Part shown: positions 10,353-19,947 of the stretch, one piece after another
How positions within the stretch are numbered: the stretch's first letter is position 1
Layout of the letters: each line of letters starts with the position of its first letter
Assembly: GCA_963692865.2 (NCBI GenBank)
Contig: OY843592.1
Location: forward strand, 2,927,356-2,991,355
Direction: 5' to 3'
Length of the DNA: 64,000 nt
DNA from: a bacterium
Lineage (GTDB): Bacteria; UBA8248
Notes under the pieces: model-generated
What the model saw: the letters and a program-made list of their open reading frames with translations, nothing else
What the model was told of the DNA's origin: nothing
Database searches by the model: none
Program-made: the position numbers and the translations under genes

Positions 10353-11837
10353 TCATTGGGTGATTTCTTTGGGGTCCGCCACGATGCTGCGCGTCTTCTG
10401 GACCTCCACCTCGAAGTCGAGCCGCGCGGCCTTGTTCTCCGTGTCGAAGGACATCTTTTTCGACCCCGTTTTTCCTCCTTCGTCCTTCGACTGTTCGGAG
10501 AACGCCTTGATCATATCCGCAAAACTGACTTTGTCGATAAACGAGTCGGGCAGCAGATACACGTAGCGGAACAAATAGATGTTCGCCGAGGGGTCGGGAC
10601 TCACGAACAGCCTGTGTCCCGCCGCCAGGGCGCCGATGGCGTCTTTCCCCACGCTGGCGCCCTCGCCCACCTTCACCCTGTCCGATTTCCAGCGGGGCTT
10701 GTCCCGCCTCGCGCCGTAGGTCCACAAAACCCTGTCCTGGCCGAACAGCCCTCCCTTCTCCTTGAGCTTGATGCCGACCAGCCGGAAGCTGATCTGCTCG
10801 CGAACGTCCTTAAAGACGGCGGAAAGGCCGCCGGGCGAAGGGCTGGGGTCGTAGCTGATTTCCAGAAAAGCGGCTCTCTTGAGATCGGTCACCCATTCGC
10901 GGCGTCTCTTGGCGAGTTTTTCCCGGAACATCTTGTCGCGGATTTTGCCGGATACCCTGTCGAGAGTAATCACCTTGCCCGGCGTAACGTCATCGACGCG
11001 AATGACGTGAAAACCCACTCTCGTCCTCGTGGGCTTGCTCGTCGCGCCCTTCGCCGTCGCGAAAATGAGTTGTTCGAGTTCGGGAAAAACCTCGCCCTTC
11101 TTCACGGAGCCCAGCGCGCCGCCTCGGCTCCGGGCGGGGCCTTCGGAATGCTTCTCGGCCAGCCTGGCGAAATCCGCGCCCGGCTTCGCGGCCTCCTCGT
11201 ACGCAAGGTCCGCTTTTTTTCGCTGCGCTTCGATCTCCCCGGCGAAAGCGTCCTTGCTCACGGGAAAGAAAATCTGCCGCACCACCCGGCTCTCGGCCTC
11301 ACGGTAGTCATCGGCATGCGCTTCGTAATAATCCGCGATTTCCTGCTCCACCACCGAGACGCGCGCGCCGACTTCCATGCTCTCCACTTTCCGCGCCAGC
11401 AACTTCTTGCGAAGCTCGTCGCGGTACTTCTCCATCGTCATTCCCTGCAACGACAAAAACGAGCGCAATCCGGCCGTCGTCGTTTTGTTCTGGCGAAGTA
11501 TGCCCGCGATTGCTTTTTCAATTTCTTTTTCGCTGACTTTCAACGCCAGAGCCGAGGAGCGCTTCAAAATGAGTTTGCTCTGGATCATGGCGTCGAGCGC
11601 CTTGATTTCGAGTTCGCGAATCCGCCGGTTCAGTTGCGCTCCCCTGTAATCCCGCCTCAACTTGTCGACCCTCGGCTTCACGAAGTCCTGAAGCTCCGAG
11701 AGCATGATGATGTCATCGTCAACCTTCGCGATGATCCTCTCGATCGTTACGGAGGCGGCGGTCGCCGCGACGGGCGCGCCCGCCAGGGCGCAAAACGCAA
11801 TCGCCGACACGCAGAAACGCCTAGCCCGATACGACAT
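10353..11837 (-). CDS. SurA-like periplasmic chaperone / parvulin PPIase with uncharacterised ~170-aa C-terminal extension
   Basis: Signal peptide MSYRARRFCVSAIAFCALAGAPVAATA, SurA_N-like region and parvulin core GGALGSVKKGEVFPELEQLIF...GFHVIRVDD. Start trimmed from 11948. Confidence 0.8.
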   Translation of the reverse strand: MSYRARRFCVSAIAFCALAGAPVAATAASVTIERIIAKVDDDIIMLSELQDFVKPRVDKLRRDYRGAQLNRRIRELEIKALDAMIQSKLILKRSSALALKVSEKEIEKAIAGILRQNKTTTAGLRSFLSLQGMTMEKYRDELRKKLLARKVESMEVGARVSVVEQEIADYYEAHADDYREAESRVVRQIFFPVSKDAFAGEIEAQRKKADLAYEEAAKPGADFARLAEKHSEGPARSRGGALGSVKKGEVFPELEQLIFATAKGATSKPTRTRVGFHVIRVDDVTPGKVITLDRVSGKIRDKMFREKLAKRRREWVTDLKRAAFLEISYDPSPSPGGLSAVFKDVREQISFRLVGIKLKEKGGLFGQDRVLWTYGARRDKPRWKSDRVKVGEGASVGKDAIGALAAGHRLFVSPDPSANIYLFRYVYLLPDSFIDKVSFADMIKAFSEQSKDEGGKTGSKKMSFDTENKAARLDFEVEVQKTRSIVADPKEITQ

Positions 11838-12807
11838 TTTCAAGATTTTCCAGATAGTATGTGATCTTCGCATTTCGTTTGAGTTCTCCGAGCCAGCCTT
11901 CGAGCCGCGCCCTTCCCTTATCGGCCAGCAAACGTTTTTTGATGTCATTCTTCACGGACGCGAGAGTTTTCTGGAGCGGGAGCCTCCTCTCCGAGACCTC
12001 GAGGAGGTGGAAACCCGCCGGGCTCCGAACGACCCGGCTCACCTCGCCCAATTTCAGCGATTTCACCACGTTCTCGATGTATTCGGGCAACTCCCCCGGC
12101 TGGAAATAGCCCAAATCGCCGCCCACGCCGCGCTCGGGGCCGATGGAGTGCTTTTGCGCGAGAGACGCGAACGATTTGCCGTCGAGAACGAATTTTCTCA
12201 ACCGCTCGGCCATTTTAGCCGAAGAGACGACGATCTGGCGAACCCGCAGGCGCCTCCCGACCCGGAATTTCTCCTTGTTGCGGTTATAGTAATCTTCAAT
12301 CTCGGCTTCGGAGACCTCCAGCTTCGAATACACCTCCTTTTCCAGCAGATGTTCGATTTCGAGCGTCTCGCGCATCGTCTTGAGCCACGACTCCTTGTCG
12401 ACCCCCTGCTCTTTCAGGACGGCGTCCAAATCCTCTCCGCCATATTGGCCGCGAACGAATTCGACGAAACGCCGCACCCTGCCTTCGCTCACATATCCGT
12501 CCCCCTCCCGGAAGCGCTGAAGCAAGAGGCGCCTTTCCACGAGTTGATCCAGCACGATCCTGGATATGGGTTTTTCGGCCCTGCCCGAAACCTTCTCGCT
12601 CGCGCGCGTCATGAAATGCGCGCGCACGTCCGCCTCGGTAATCGGCTCGCCGTTCACCTGCGCCAGCAGGATATCCTTTTTCTCGCTTTTCGCCTGGAAC
12701 GAAAAATCACAGCCCGCCGCGACGAGCAGCGCCGCCCAACAAACCCAAGCCCGCCGTGTTCGACCGCCCCGCATCAGACGCCGCGCGCTTCCCCCGTTTT
12801 CCGCCAT
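11821..12807 (-). CDS. PrsA/SurA-like parvulin PPIase, probable lipoprotein
   Basis: Lipobox LLVAAGC and parvulin core GGDLGYFQPGELPEYIENVV...GFHLLEV. Start uncertain (ATG at 12807 or 12774); the ORF-track start at 12936 overlaps mfd. Confidence 0.8.
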   Translation of the reverse strand: MAENGGSARRLMRGGRTRRAWVCWAALLVAAGCDFSFQAKSEKKDILLAQVNGEPITEADVRAHFMTRASEKVSGRAEKPISRIVLDQLVERRLLLQRFREGDGYVSEGRVRRFVEFVRGQYGGEDLDAVLKEQGVDKESWLKTMRETLEIEHLLEKEVYSKLEVSEAEIEDYYNRNKEKFRVGRRLRVRQIVVSSAKMAERLRKFVLDGKSFASLAQKHSIGPERGVGGDLGYFQPGELPEYIENVVKSLKLGEVSRVVRSPAGFHLLEVSERRLPLQKTLASVKNDIKKRLLADKGRARLEGWLGELKRNAKITYYLENLENVVSG

Positions 12808-12814
12808 GAGAGCC

Positions 12815-15800
12815 TCACGCTCCTTCCACCACAAACTCGCCTTCGGAGACCTTGCACACTTCCAAAGCATCCAGCACCTGAACGAGAAAGTCAAAATCCT
12901 CCGGCCAGCGCCCGCTGATGCCCGCTCGAAAAGCATGGGCGTCGGTGAACACCATGCCCGGCATATCGAGAAAAGCGGCCGTCAACTCGTAGTCGCCCGG
13001 GAAAATCTCCATATGCGCCTCCTTGCCGCGAAAATGAAGGGATTTGATTCCGCAAAGGCGGGCGCGCAAACGGATTTCCCCCAGTTGCAGAAGGTGGAGG
13101 GCGCGCTCCGGCATCTCGCCGTATTTGTCCCTGAGCTCCACGCCCAACTCTCTCAATTCGGCCGGCGCCTGCGCCGATGCGATTCGGCGATACACGTCGA
13201 GGCGCTCGGCCTGGGCCGGAATCCACGAAGGCGGCAGCGTGCCCGCCACCGGCGCGACGATCTCGGGCTCACGGCGCTCGACGGCCTCGCCCTTGGCCTC
13301 CTGCACCACCTCTTCCAGAAGGCGGCAGTACATGTCGAATCCCACGGCCGAGATTTGCCCCGATTGCCGATGCCCGAGCAAATGGCCTGCGCCGCGAATT
13401 TCCAGATCGCGCATGGCCAGCCTGAAGCCGGCTCCCAGTTCGCTCAACTCCTCGAGCGCCTGGAGCCGCTCTCTGGCCTGCCTCGTCAGGGAGCCTCCGC
13501 CGGAGACAAGGAGGTAGGCGTGCGCTTCGAACCTGTCGCGCCCTACCCGGCCGCGCAACTGGTACAGTTGCGCCATGCCGAACGTGTCCGCCCGGTTGAT
13601 CACGATCGTGTTCACCGAGGGGATGTCGAGGCCGCTTTCGATGATCGTGGTGCAGAGAAGCACGTCGGCCCGGCGGGTCACGAACCGCTCCATCACCTCT
13701 TCGAGTTCTCTTTCCTTCATCTGGCCGTGGCCCACCAGTATCCGCGCGTCGGGCGCGAGTTTCTGCAGAAGCTGCCGCATGGCGGGGAGGCTCCTCACCC
13801 GGTTGTGCACGAAAAACACCTGGCCCCCCCGGTCGATTTCCTTGGTGATGGCGTCTTTGATGAGTTTTTCGCTGAAGCGCGATATGTAGGTGCGCGGCGC
13901 GACCCGGTGGCGCGGGGGCGTTTCGATGACGCTCAAATCGCGCGTGCCCGAAAGCGCCATCTGCAAGGTTCGGGGAATGGGCGTGGCGGTGAGCGTCAGA
14001 ACGTCCACGTCGACGCGGAGTTTCTTGAGCTTCTCTTTATGGGAAACGCCGAAACGATGCTCTTCGTCGATGACCAAAAGCCCCAGATCGCGAAACGACA
14101 CGTCTTTCTGCAACAGTCGATGGGTGCCGACGACGATGTCCACGCGACCGGTGGAGAGTCCCTCGACCACTTCGTTCTGCTCTTTTCTGCTTCTGAAGCG
14201 CGAGAGCATCTCCACATGGACCGGCAACGATTCGAAGCGCTTGCCGAACGTGTCCCGATGCTGGTGCGCCAGCAGCGTCGTCGGCACGATGACGGCGACT
14301 TGCTTGCCCGCCGAAATCGCCCGGGCGGCGGCGCGGAGCGCCACCTCCGTCTTTCCGTAGCCGACATCCCCGCAGATGAGGCGGTCCATCGGGCGGGCGC
14401 GCTCCATATCTCCCAGCACGGCGCGAATGGCCTGTTCCTGATCGGGCGTTTCCTCGAACCCGAAGCTGGCGGAGATTTCATGATCGAACGCGCCTTCCGT
14501 CGAAAAGGAATATCCCTCGGCGGCGCTTCGCTCCGAATACAGGCGCACCAGATCGCGAGCGATCCCCCGGAGCGATTTCTTGACGTTGTTCTTCGTCCTG
14601 CTCCACCGGTTCCCGCCCAATCTGTCCAGGGGCGGCGGGACGCCCGCGCCGCGATATTTGTGGATGCGCTCGACGTCGTCCATCGGGACGTAGAGTTTGT
14701 CGCTTCCCGCATACTGGAGAGTGAGGAATTCGTTCTCCCCGTCCCGATGCTCGATGACGCGCGTGCCCATATAGCGGCCGACGCCGTGCTCCACGTGCAC
14801 CACAAGGTCGTTTTCATTGAGGTCCTTCAGGCCCTCGCCGGGCCTCGACTTCGGGAGGCGGCGCGAATCCCCGCCCAAAGCGCCGACCAGCAGGTCCTGC
14901 GCGCGGAACAACACCCTTCGCTCTTCGGGGAGCCGGAAGCCGTCGCCGAGTTTCCCCTCCGCCAGAACGACGTCGTGGCGGCCATCCATCAGCGAGGCGC
15001 CCTGGGGCAAAACTTCCACGCCCACTTCATGCTCGCGCAGGAGCGCCTGTATCCTGAGCGCTAGTGTCCTCTCCTCCGCCACGATGACGACGCTCTCATC
15101 CTCCCGGCGCCATGCGCGGAGTTGATCGACGAACGCCTCCACCCGCCCCCGGAAGGGGCTGATGTTTTCCGCGCGCAAAACCTCGTCCGCCTCGAAGCCC
15201 TCCTCGGGATTCGGGGCGTCCAGCCCCAGGGAATCGAACTCGAGGCGCGGCCAGATGGATAGCTCCTCGCGAATCTCCTCCGGCGCGAGCCACAAACGCT
15301 CGGGGGCGAAGGAAACGAGGCCCCTCTCGGGCGCCAGACGCGCCTCCTCGTTCACTTCCTCCCACAACTTCTCCATCGCCTCGTCGATGTTCTCCGCTTC
15401 GTTCAGGATCCAGAGCGCGCTTCCGGGCGCCACGTCGAACAAGGTCGTCATCTCGGACAGGAACATGGGCGCGAGACCCTCCATGCCCGAAAAGTGCCCG
15501 TCCGCGTCCAGGTATTCGAGAAGGCGCTCCATCCGTTCGATCGTTTCCGGCGCGGCGGCTTCCGAAAGCGCGCCGCGGCCCCTCTCCACCTCCTCCGGCG
15601 AGAAAACAATCTCTTTCGCCGGAAAAACGTCCACGCTTTGCAGGGTGTCCAGATTCCGCTGCGTCTGGGGATGGAAACTTCGCAAGGAATCGAGTTCATC
15701 CCCCCGAAACTCCAGGCGCGTCGGATATGCGTTCTGGGGGGAGAAGAAATCCAGAATACCGCCCCTTACGGCATATTCTCCGGGAGATTCAACCACCGAC

Positions 15801-16282
15801 CTCCTTTGGTACGTCAGTGATTCGAGCGAACCGATGAACGGGTCGCGCTCGATCTCCATGCCTTCGCGCAAGTGAACGATGGCGTCGTTCAACCGCTCCG
15901 GCGGGGGCACGCGCATCCCCATGGCCAGCACGCTCGTCAGGACGACGCCTCGCTCCCCGCCGCGCAAAAACCGCAGCGCGGACATCCTCTCTCCGACGAC
16001 CTCACTGGACGGAGACAACCGGGAGAAGGGGTACACGTCCCACGCCGGGAAGCCCAGCACCGGCAAATTCCCCGCCCCCGACGAGGAAGCGCCGACGAAC
16101 AGCTTCATGTTCGCTTTCATCGCGTCGAGGCGGCGCGGCTCTCCTTCGACGAAAATAACGGGCCCGGCGTGTTCGCGCGCGATCCTGGCCAGCCACCAGG
16201 CGACCGACGCATCGCTGGCGCCGCGCAGGTGAACCCGCTTGGCTCCATCGACATCCAGAAGCGGCAAAAAGGATTTATTCAT
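12815..16282 (-). CDS. mfd: transcription-repair coupling factor
   Basis: 1155 aa. UvrB-homology N-terminus, CarD-like domain (VVHVEHGVGRYMG), SF2 helicase motifs (GDVGYGKTEVA, DEEHRFG) and TRCF C-terminus. Confidence 0.97.
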   Translation of the reverse strand: MNKSFLPLLDVDGAKRVHLRGASDASVAWWLARIAREHAGPVIFVEGEPRRLDAMKANMKLFVGASSSGAGNLPVLGFPAWDVYPFSRLSPSSEVVGERMSALRFLRGGERGVVLTSVLAMGMRVPPPERLNDAIVHLREGMEIERDPFIGSLESLTYQRRSVVESPGEYAVRGGILDFFSPQNAYPTRLEFRGDELDSLRSFHPQTQRNLDTLQSVDVFPAKEIVFSPEEVERGRGALSEAAAPETIERMERLLEYLDADGHFSGMEGLAPMFLSEMTTLFDVAPGSALWILNEAENIDEAMEKLWEEVNEEARLAPERGLVSFAPERLWLAPEEIREELSIWPRLEFDSLGLDAPNPEEGFEADEVLRAENISPFRGRVEAFVDQLRAWRREDESVVIVAEERTLALRIQALLREHEVGVEVLPQGASLMDGRHDVVLAEGKLGDGFRLPEERRVLFRAQDLLVGALGGDSRRLPKSRPGEGLKDLNENDLVVHVEHGVGRYMGTRVIEHRDGENEFLTLQYAGSDKLYVPMDDVERIHKYRGAGVPPPLDRLGGNRWSRTKNNVKKSLRGIARDLVRLYSERSAAEGYSFSTEGAFDHEISASFGFEETPDQEQAIRAVLGDMERARPMDRLICGDVGYGKTEVALRAAARAISAGKQVAVIVPTTLLAHQHRDTFGKRFESLPVHVEMLSRFRSRKEQNEVVEGLSTGRVDIVVGTHRLLQKDVSFRDLGLLVIDEEHRFGVSHKEKLKKLRVDVDVLTLTATPIPRTLQMALSGTRDLSVIETPPRHRVAPRTYISRFSEKLIKDAITKEIDRGGQVFFVHNRVRSLPAMRQLLQKLAPDARILVGHGQMKERELEEVMERFVTRRADVLLCTTIIESGLDIPSVNTIVINRADTFGMAQLYQLRGRVGRDRFEAHAYLLVSGGGSLTRQARERLQALEELSELGAGFRLAMRDLEIRGAGHLLGHRQSGQISAVGFDMYCRLLEEVVQEAKGEAVERREPEIVAPVAGTLPPSWIPAQAERLDVYRRIASAQAPAELRELGVELRDKYGEMPERALHLLQLGEIRLRARLCGIKSLHFRGKEAHMEIFPGDYELTAAFLDMPGMVFTDAHAFRAGISGRWPEDFDFLVQVLDALEVCKVSEGEFVVEGA

Positions 16283-16369
16283 GACGTGAAATTTCAGATG
16301 TCAAATCGAACATCAGGCAATGAAGTGTGTCGAAATATCTCGTATCGCATGAAAAATTGCAGAAAACGA

Positions 16370-17623
16370 TTAATTCAAATACTTTTTGGTGATGATGAAA
16401 TCTCTGAGCACGTTGGAAGAATCCCTGGGCAACGCGATCTGCGAACCGTTCAGGGATATCTGGGTGCCCGCCACGTTTCCCACGGTAAGGCTGAATTTTT
16501 CCGACGCTTCCCAGTTTCTCTCCTTGCCCGCCGACAAAAGGAGTTCTTCCTTGTTTTTCGCATCGATCACGATTCGCAGCCAAGTGTCTTCCGTCGCAAA
16601 AACCTTGAGCGTCAGCGGCGGCGCTCCCGGCTCCGACCGGGCAGGAGCCGCCGCGGTCTGCCGCCCTTGCGGCGTGGCTTGATCGTTCGATGCCCCCTCC
16701 CGGACGACTTGGTTTGCGACCGGAGCGCTCGCTTGCGCCGAAGGGTTCGACGAGGCCGGCGGATTCTCCGGAGGCGAGGGTTCCCCTTGGGCAACGGGAG
16801 TCTCCCGGAGCGGAGCGCGCGCCTGCGCGGCGGAGCCGTCTTGGGCCCGGGCGGCGGGACTCCCCTGAGCCGGAGGGGTCGCCGCAGCCCCAGGAGTCTC
16901 CGGGGCGGGGGCGCCGGCTTGAACGGGCGGCTTCTTCTCCTGGCCGGACTCTTCGGAAACCGGAGGCTCCCTCGAATTCACGGTCGAGACGGGAGGGCGG
17001 CCTTGCTCGGGAACCTTCTCCTCGACGCCGCCTACCCGGCCTTCTCCACCTTCGTTTTTCGCTTTCCCGCTCATGCCGTTAAGCCGAGGGAGCTTATCCG
17101 CCACGGGCGCGACCGCCGTCTTGATCCTGCCGACAATCGAGCCGACCGGAACAAGCTGCTCCGTTCTTCCCTTCATGAACCAGAGAAGTCCGCCGCCGGC
17201 GAGAAGAAAAATCAATACGAAAACAAAGGTCGCGACGGATGAGAACCGATTCGTCCGAAGAGACGGGGAGAACGAGGAGGTGGTCTCGGGAGCGAATCCA
17301 AACTCTTCCGACGGGGCGTCGTCCGCAATTTCGCGTTTATAGCTCTCGGCGACGGCCCGGCTGTCCACGCCGACCGCATCCGCAAAGGCGCGAATGAAAC
17401 CCAAACCGACCGGCCCCGTCGGCAATCTATCGAAATCACCGCTTTCGATATTTTCCAGATAGTATGTTCGGATTCGCGTGTGTTCGGAGATCGAACGCAG
17501 GGTTACGTCTTTTTTCTCTCTCGCGCGCCGCAAGAAAGCGCCCAGACCCTCTTTTTCTATCTGCGCCATCAGTGTCGGGTCGAGATCTGTCATCATGCGC
17601 CCCATTTCGCCAAAATTCAACAA
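16370..17623 (-). CDS. rodZ: RodZ-like HTH / DUF4115 membrane protein
   Basis: N-terminal HTH (LRRAREKKDVTLRSISEHTRIRTYYLENIESGDF), one TM helix, a Pro/Ala-rich linker and a C-terminal DUF4115-like beta domain (LTLKVFATEDTWLRIVID). Exact start uncertain. Confidence 0.7.
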   Translation of the reverse strand: MLNFGEMGRMMTDLDPTLMAQIEKEGLGAFLRRAREKKDVTLRSISEHTRIRTYYLENIESGDFDRLPTGPVGLGFIRAFADAVGVDSRAVAESYKREIADDAPSEEFGFAPETTSSFSPSLRTNRFSSVATFVFVLIFLLAGGGLLWFMKGRTEQLVPVGSIVGRIKTAVAPVADKLPRLNGMSGKAKNEGGEGRVGGVEEKVPEQGRPPVSTVNSREPPVSEESGQEKKPPVQAGAPAPETPGAAATPPAQGSPAARAQDGSAAQARAPLRETPVAQGEPSPPENPPASSNPSAQASAPVANQVVREGASNDQATPQGRQTAAAPARSEPGAPPLTLKVFATEDTWLRIVIDAKNKEELLLSAGKERNWEASEKFSLTVGNVAGTQISLNGSQIALPRDSSNVLRDFIITKKYLN

Positions 17624-17740
17624 AACGACCCGAAATATGGCAATCGAGTCTATTCACAATCGGTTCGAAAGTCAATGTTGGAAAATGGGGAAAGCCTTCC
17701 CGCACCCGCTCGAAGCCCGTCAACGACGAATCGAGCGGCG

Positions 17741-18610
17741 TTACGAAACAATGGAAAGAATCGCGGGCGTTACGTGGCAGATATTCGGATTCGCGGCGGC
17801 GGTGAACAGGGTGTCCCCGCCTCTGCCGTAGAGCAAAATGGGAACGGAGTTCGTCGTGTGCGCGGACGTTTCCATGTCCTCCACGTTGCCGTGGTCGCTG
17901 CTCAGAATGAACGTATCCCCGGACGGGTCGATATGCCGGAGCGCGGCCCGCAGAAACCGGTTCAAATCCGCCAGAACCTCGAAGGCATCCTCCGCTGTTC
18001 CGCGATGTCCGACGTGATCGGTCTGGAAAAACTCATAGACCAGCAGGTCCTTCGCGCGCGCCAGCCTGCCGAGGCGGTCGCCCGCCTCCTCGGGGTCGAG
18101 CCTGGCCACGTCATGGCCCTGCTCGGCGATGATCGCGTTCGTGTAGTCGCGGTAAACGGCCCTGCCCGCGACGAGGTCTTCGAGGCGGTTCAGGCGAAGG
18201 CCCGCGCTTTCGGCCATCACCGTGGTCACCGAGCGGATGCGGTTCCTGCCGCGCATGAAAAAACGAGGCGTATACGTGTTGGCGAATCCGACGGCGGCGC
18301 CCTTCTCGCGGGCGCGCCTCAAGAGCCCGTTTCGAGAGATGATGCGGCGCAACTGCGTATTCGGCAGGGCCTGGACGTGCCTGCCCACCGCCTTGGGCGC
18401 GTTCACCCCCGTGAACAGGGCGGTTCCGCCCGTCGCGCTCTGGGGGACGCCCTCGACGCCGAGGCGGGCATCCGCCTCGATGAGGCGGAAACCGGGCGCC
18501 TCGTTTCCGCAAATAAGCCCCAGCGGAGGCTCCAGGACGCGGGAGAGCGGATTGCCCGGCCCCGGCGGAGCGACGCCCAGGCCGTCCACGAACACGAAAA
18601 GAACGGACAT
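17741..18610 (-). CDS. alkaline-phosphatase-superfamily metalloenzyme (iPGM/phosphopentomutase-like)
   Basis: MSVLFVFVDGLGV...GVPQSATGGTALFTG...TDHVGH...SSDHGN metal-ligand pattern of the Metalloenzyme family. Confidence 0.7.
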   Translation of the reverse strand: MSVLFVFVDGLGVAPPGPGNPLSRVLEPPLGLICGNEAPGFRLIEADARLGVEGVPQSATGGTALFTGVNAPKAVGRHVQALPNTQLRRIISRNGLLRRAREKGAAVGFANTYTPRFFMRGRNRIRSVTTVMAESAGLRLNRLEDLVAGRAVYRDYTNAIIAEQGHDVARLDPEEAGDRLGRLARAKDLLVYEFFQTDHVGHRGTAEDAFEVLADLNRFLRAALRHIDPSGDTFILSSDHGNVEDMETSAHTTNSVPILLYGRGGDTLFTAAANPNICHVTPAILSIVS

Positions 18611-18611
18611 G

Positions 18612-19631
18612 CTACAGCGTTCTTCCGACGGCCTCTGCGAATGCCTTGAGCTCCTCGACGAGGGCGGCGAACTTCTGCGGTTTGAGCGACTGGGGGCCGT
18701 CGCTCATCGCCTTTTCGGGTTCGGGGTGCATCTCGAGCATCAGGCCGTCCGCCCCGACCGCCACGGCCGCCTTCGCCAGCGGCGCGACCAACCGCCAGGC
18801 GCCCGCCGCGTGGCTCGGGTCCACCACGACCGGCAGATGCGTCTGCTCCTTGAGCACGGGCACGGCGCTGATGTCCAGCGTGTTGCGCGTGGCCGTCTCG
18901 AAGGTGCGTATCCCCCGCTCGCACAGCACGACGTTCGGGTTCCCCTGGCTCATGATGTATTCGGCCGACATCAGAAACTCTTCTATGGTCGTGGACATGC
19001 CGCGCTTCAGGAAGATGGTCTTGTTCGTCTTGCCGACTTTTTTGAGCAACGAGAAGTTCTGCACGTTGCGCGCGCCGATTTGCAGCACGTCCGCGTACTC
19101 GCAGCACACGCCGATGTCTTCGGAGTCCATGACTTCCGTCTGGATGGGGAGCCCCGTCCTTTCGCGCGCCTCGGCGAGGAGCGCCAGGCCTTCTTCCGCC
19201 ATCCCCTGGAAGCTGTACGGCGAAGTGCGCGGCTTGTACGCGCCGCCCCTCAGGACGTGGCCGCCGCCCGCCTTCACCGCATCTGCGGATTCCATGATCT
19301 GCTCCTTGCTCTCCACGGAGCACGGCCCGCCGATGACGATGATTTGCTCGCCGCCGATTTCCACTCCCTCGCCCATCGGCAACTGGCTGCGCTCGGGCCT
19401 TCCCTCCGCGCTCGCCAGCTTGAAGGGCTTGAGGATAGGCATCGCGCTTTCCACGCCGTTCAGGGAAACGAGCGACTCCAGCATGTATTTCCCCCGTTCG
19501 TCCCCGATGGCGCCGATCACGGTGCGCTCCACGCCTTTGATGACGTGCTCCTTGTAGCCGAGTTCGTTGATCCTGGCGATGGCGTTCCCAATCTCGTCAT
19601 CCGTCGCGCCCTGTTTCATCACGATAATCAA
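18612..19631 (-). CDS. aroF: 3-deoxy-7-phosphoheptulonate (DAHP) synthase, type I-beta
   Basis: 339 aa. N-terminal ACT/FL-like domain, then a KDSA-like barrel (GPCSVES...[17 protein letters not shown]...DPSH). Confidence 0.93.
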   Translation of the reverse strand: MIIVMKQGATDDEIGNAIARINELGYKEHVIKGVERTVIGAIGDERGKYMLESLVSLNGVESAMPILKPFKLASAEGRPERSQLPMGEGVEIGGEQIIVIGGPCSVESKEQIMESADAVKAGGGHVLRGGAYKPRTSPYSFQGMAEEGLALLAEARERTGLPIQTEVMDSEDIGVCCEYADVLQIGARNVQNFSLLKKVGKTNKTIFLKRGMSTTIEEFLMSAEYIMSQGNPNVVLCERGIRTFETATRNTLDISAVPVLKEQTHLPVVVDPSHAAGAWRLVAPLAKAAVAVGADGLMLEMHPEPEKAMSDGPQSLKPQKFAALVEELKAFAEAVGRTL

Positions 19632-19674
19632 AACGAATCTCCTTTTTCCTTCCCTGAATTTTCAGCGTAATCCT

Positions 19675-19707
19675 CAAAAAAAACCGCCGTGAGGCTCTCC
19701 CACGGCG
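19675..19707 (-). terminator. intrinsic terminator-like hairpin plus U9 just 5' of aroF
   Basis: Minus-strand CGCCGUG-loop-CACGGCG followed by nine U (plus-strand A-run 19675-19683). It lies 44 nt upstream of the aroF ATG and ~240 nt downstream of the amidohydrolase stop. Confidence 0.5.
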
Positions 19708-19947
19708 AGTGTTTCCCTATCGTCCGTGGCGACCGGGCCGTCCGCCCGCCCGCCGTTCGTTTTCACATGACGGCGCGCGGACGGACGGTGATAAAGCCGA
19801 AAAAGCAATATCCCTCGCCACATTTCTGGAACGTCCGCATCTTGCTCGCCTTTGAAATTGCGAAAGTTTTAACGCCCTGAAAAACAAGGCCGTAAAATAG
19901 TCCTGGAAAAACGGGTAGTCAACCCCCGTCGGCGAAAACTTTTCGGA

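Noticed and set aside
12566-15064. 832-aa plus-strand ORF opposite mfd
   Set aside because: It is antisense to a complete 1155-aa Mfd with all helicase motifs, and has no recognisable domain of its own.
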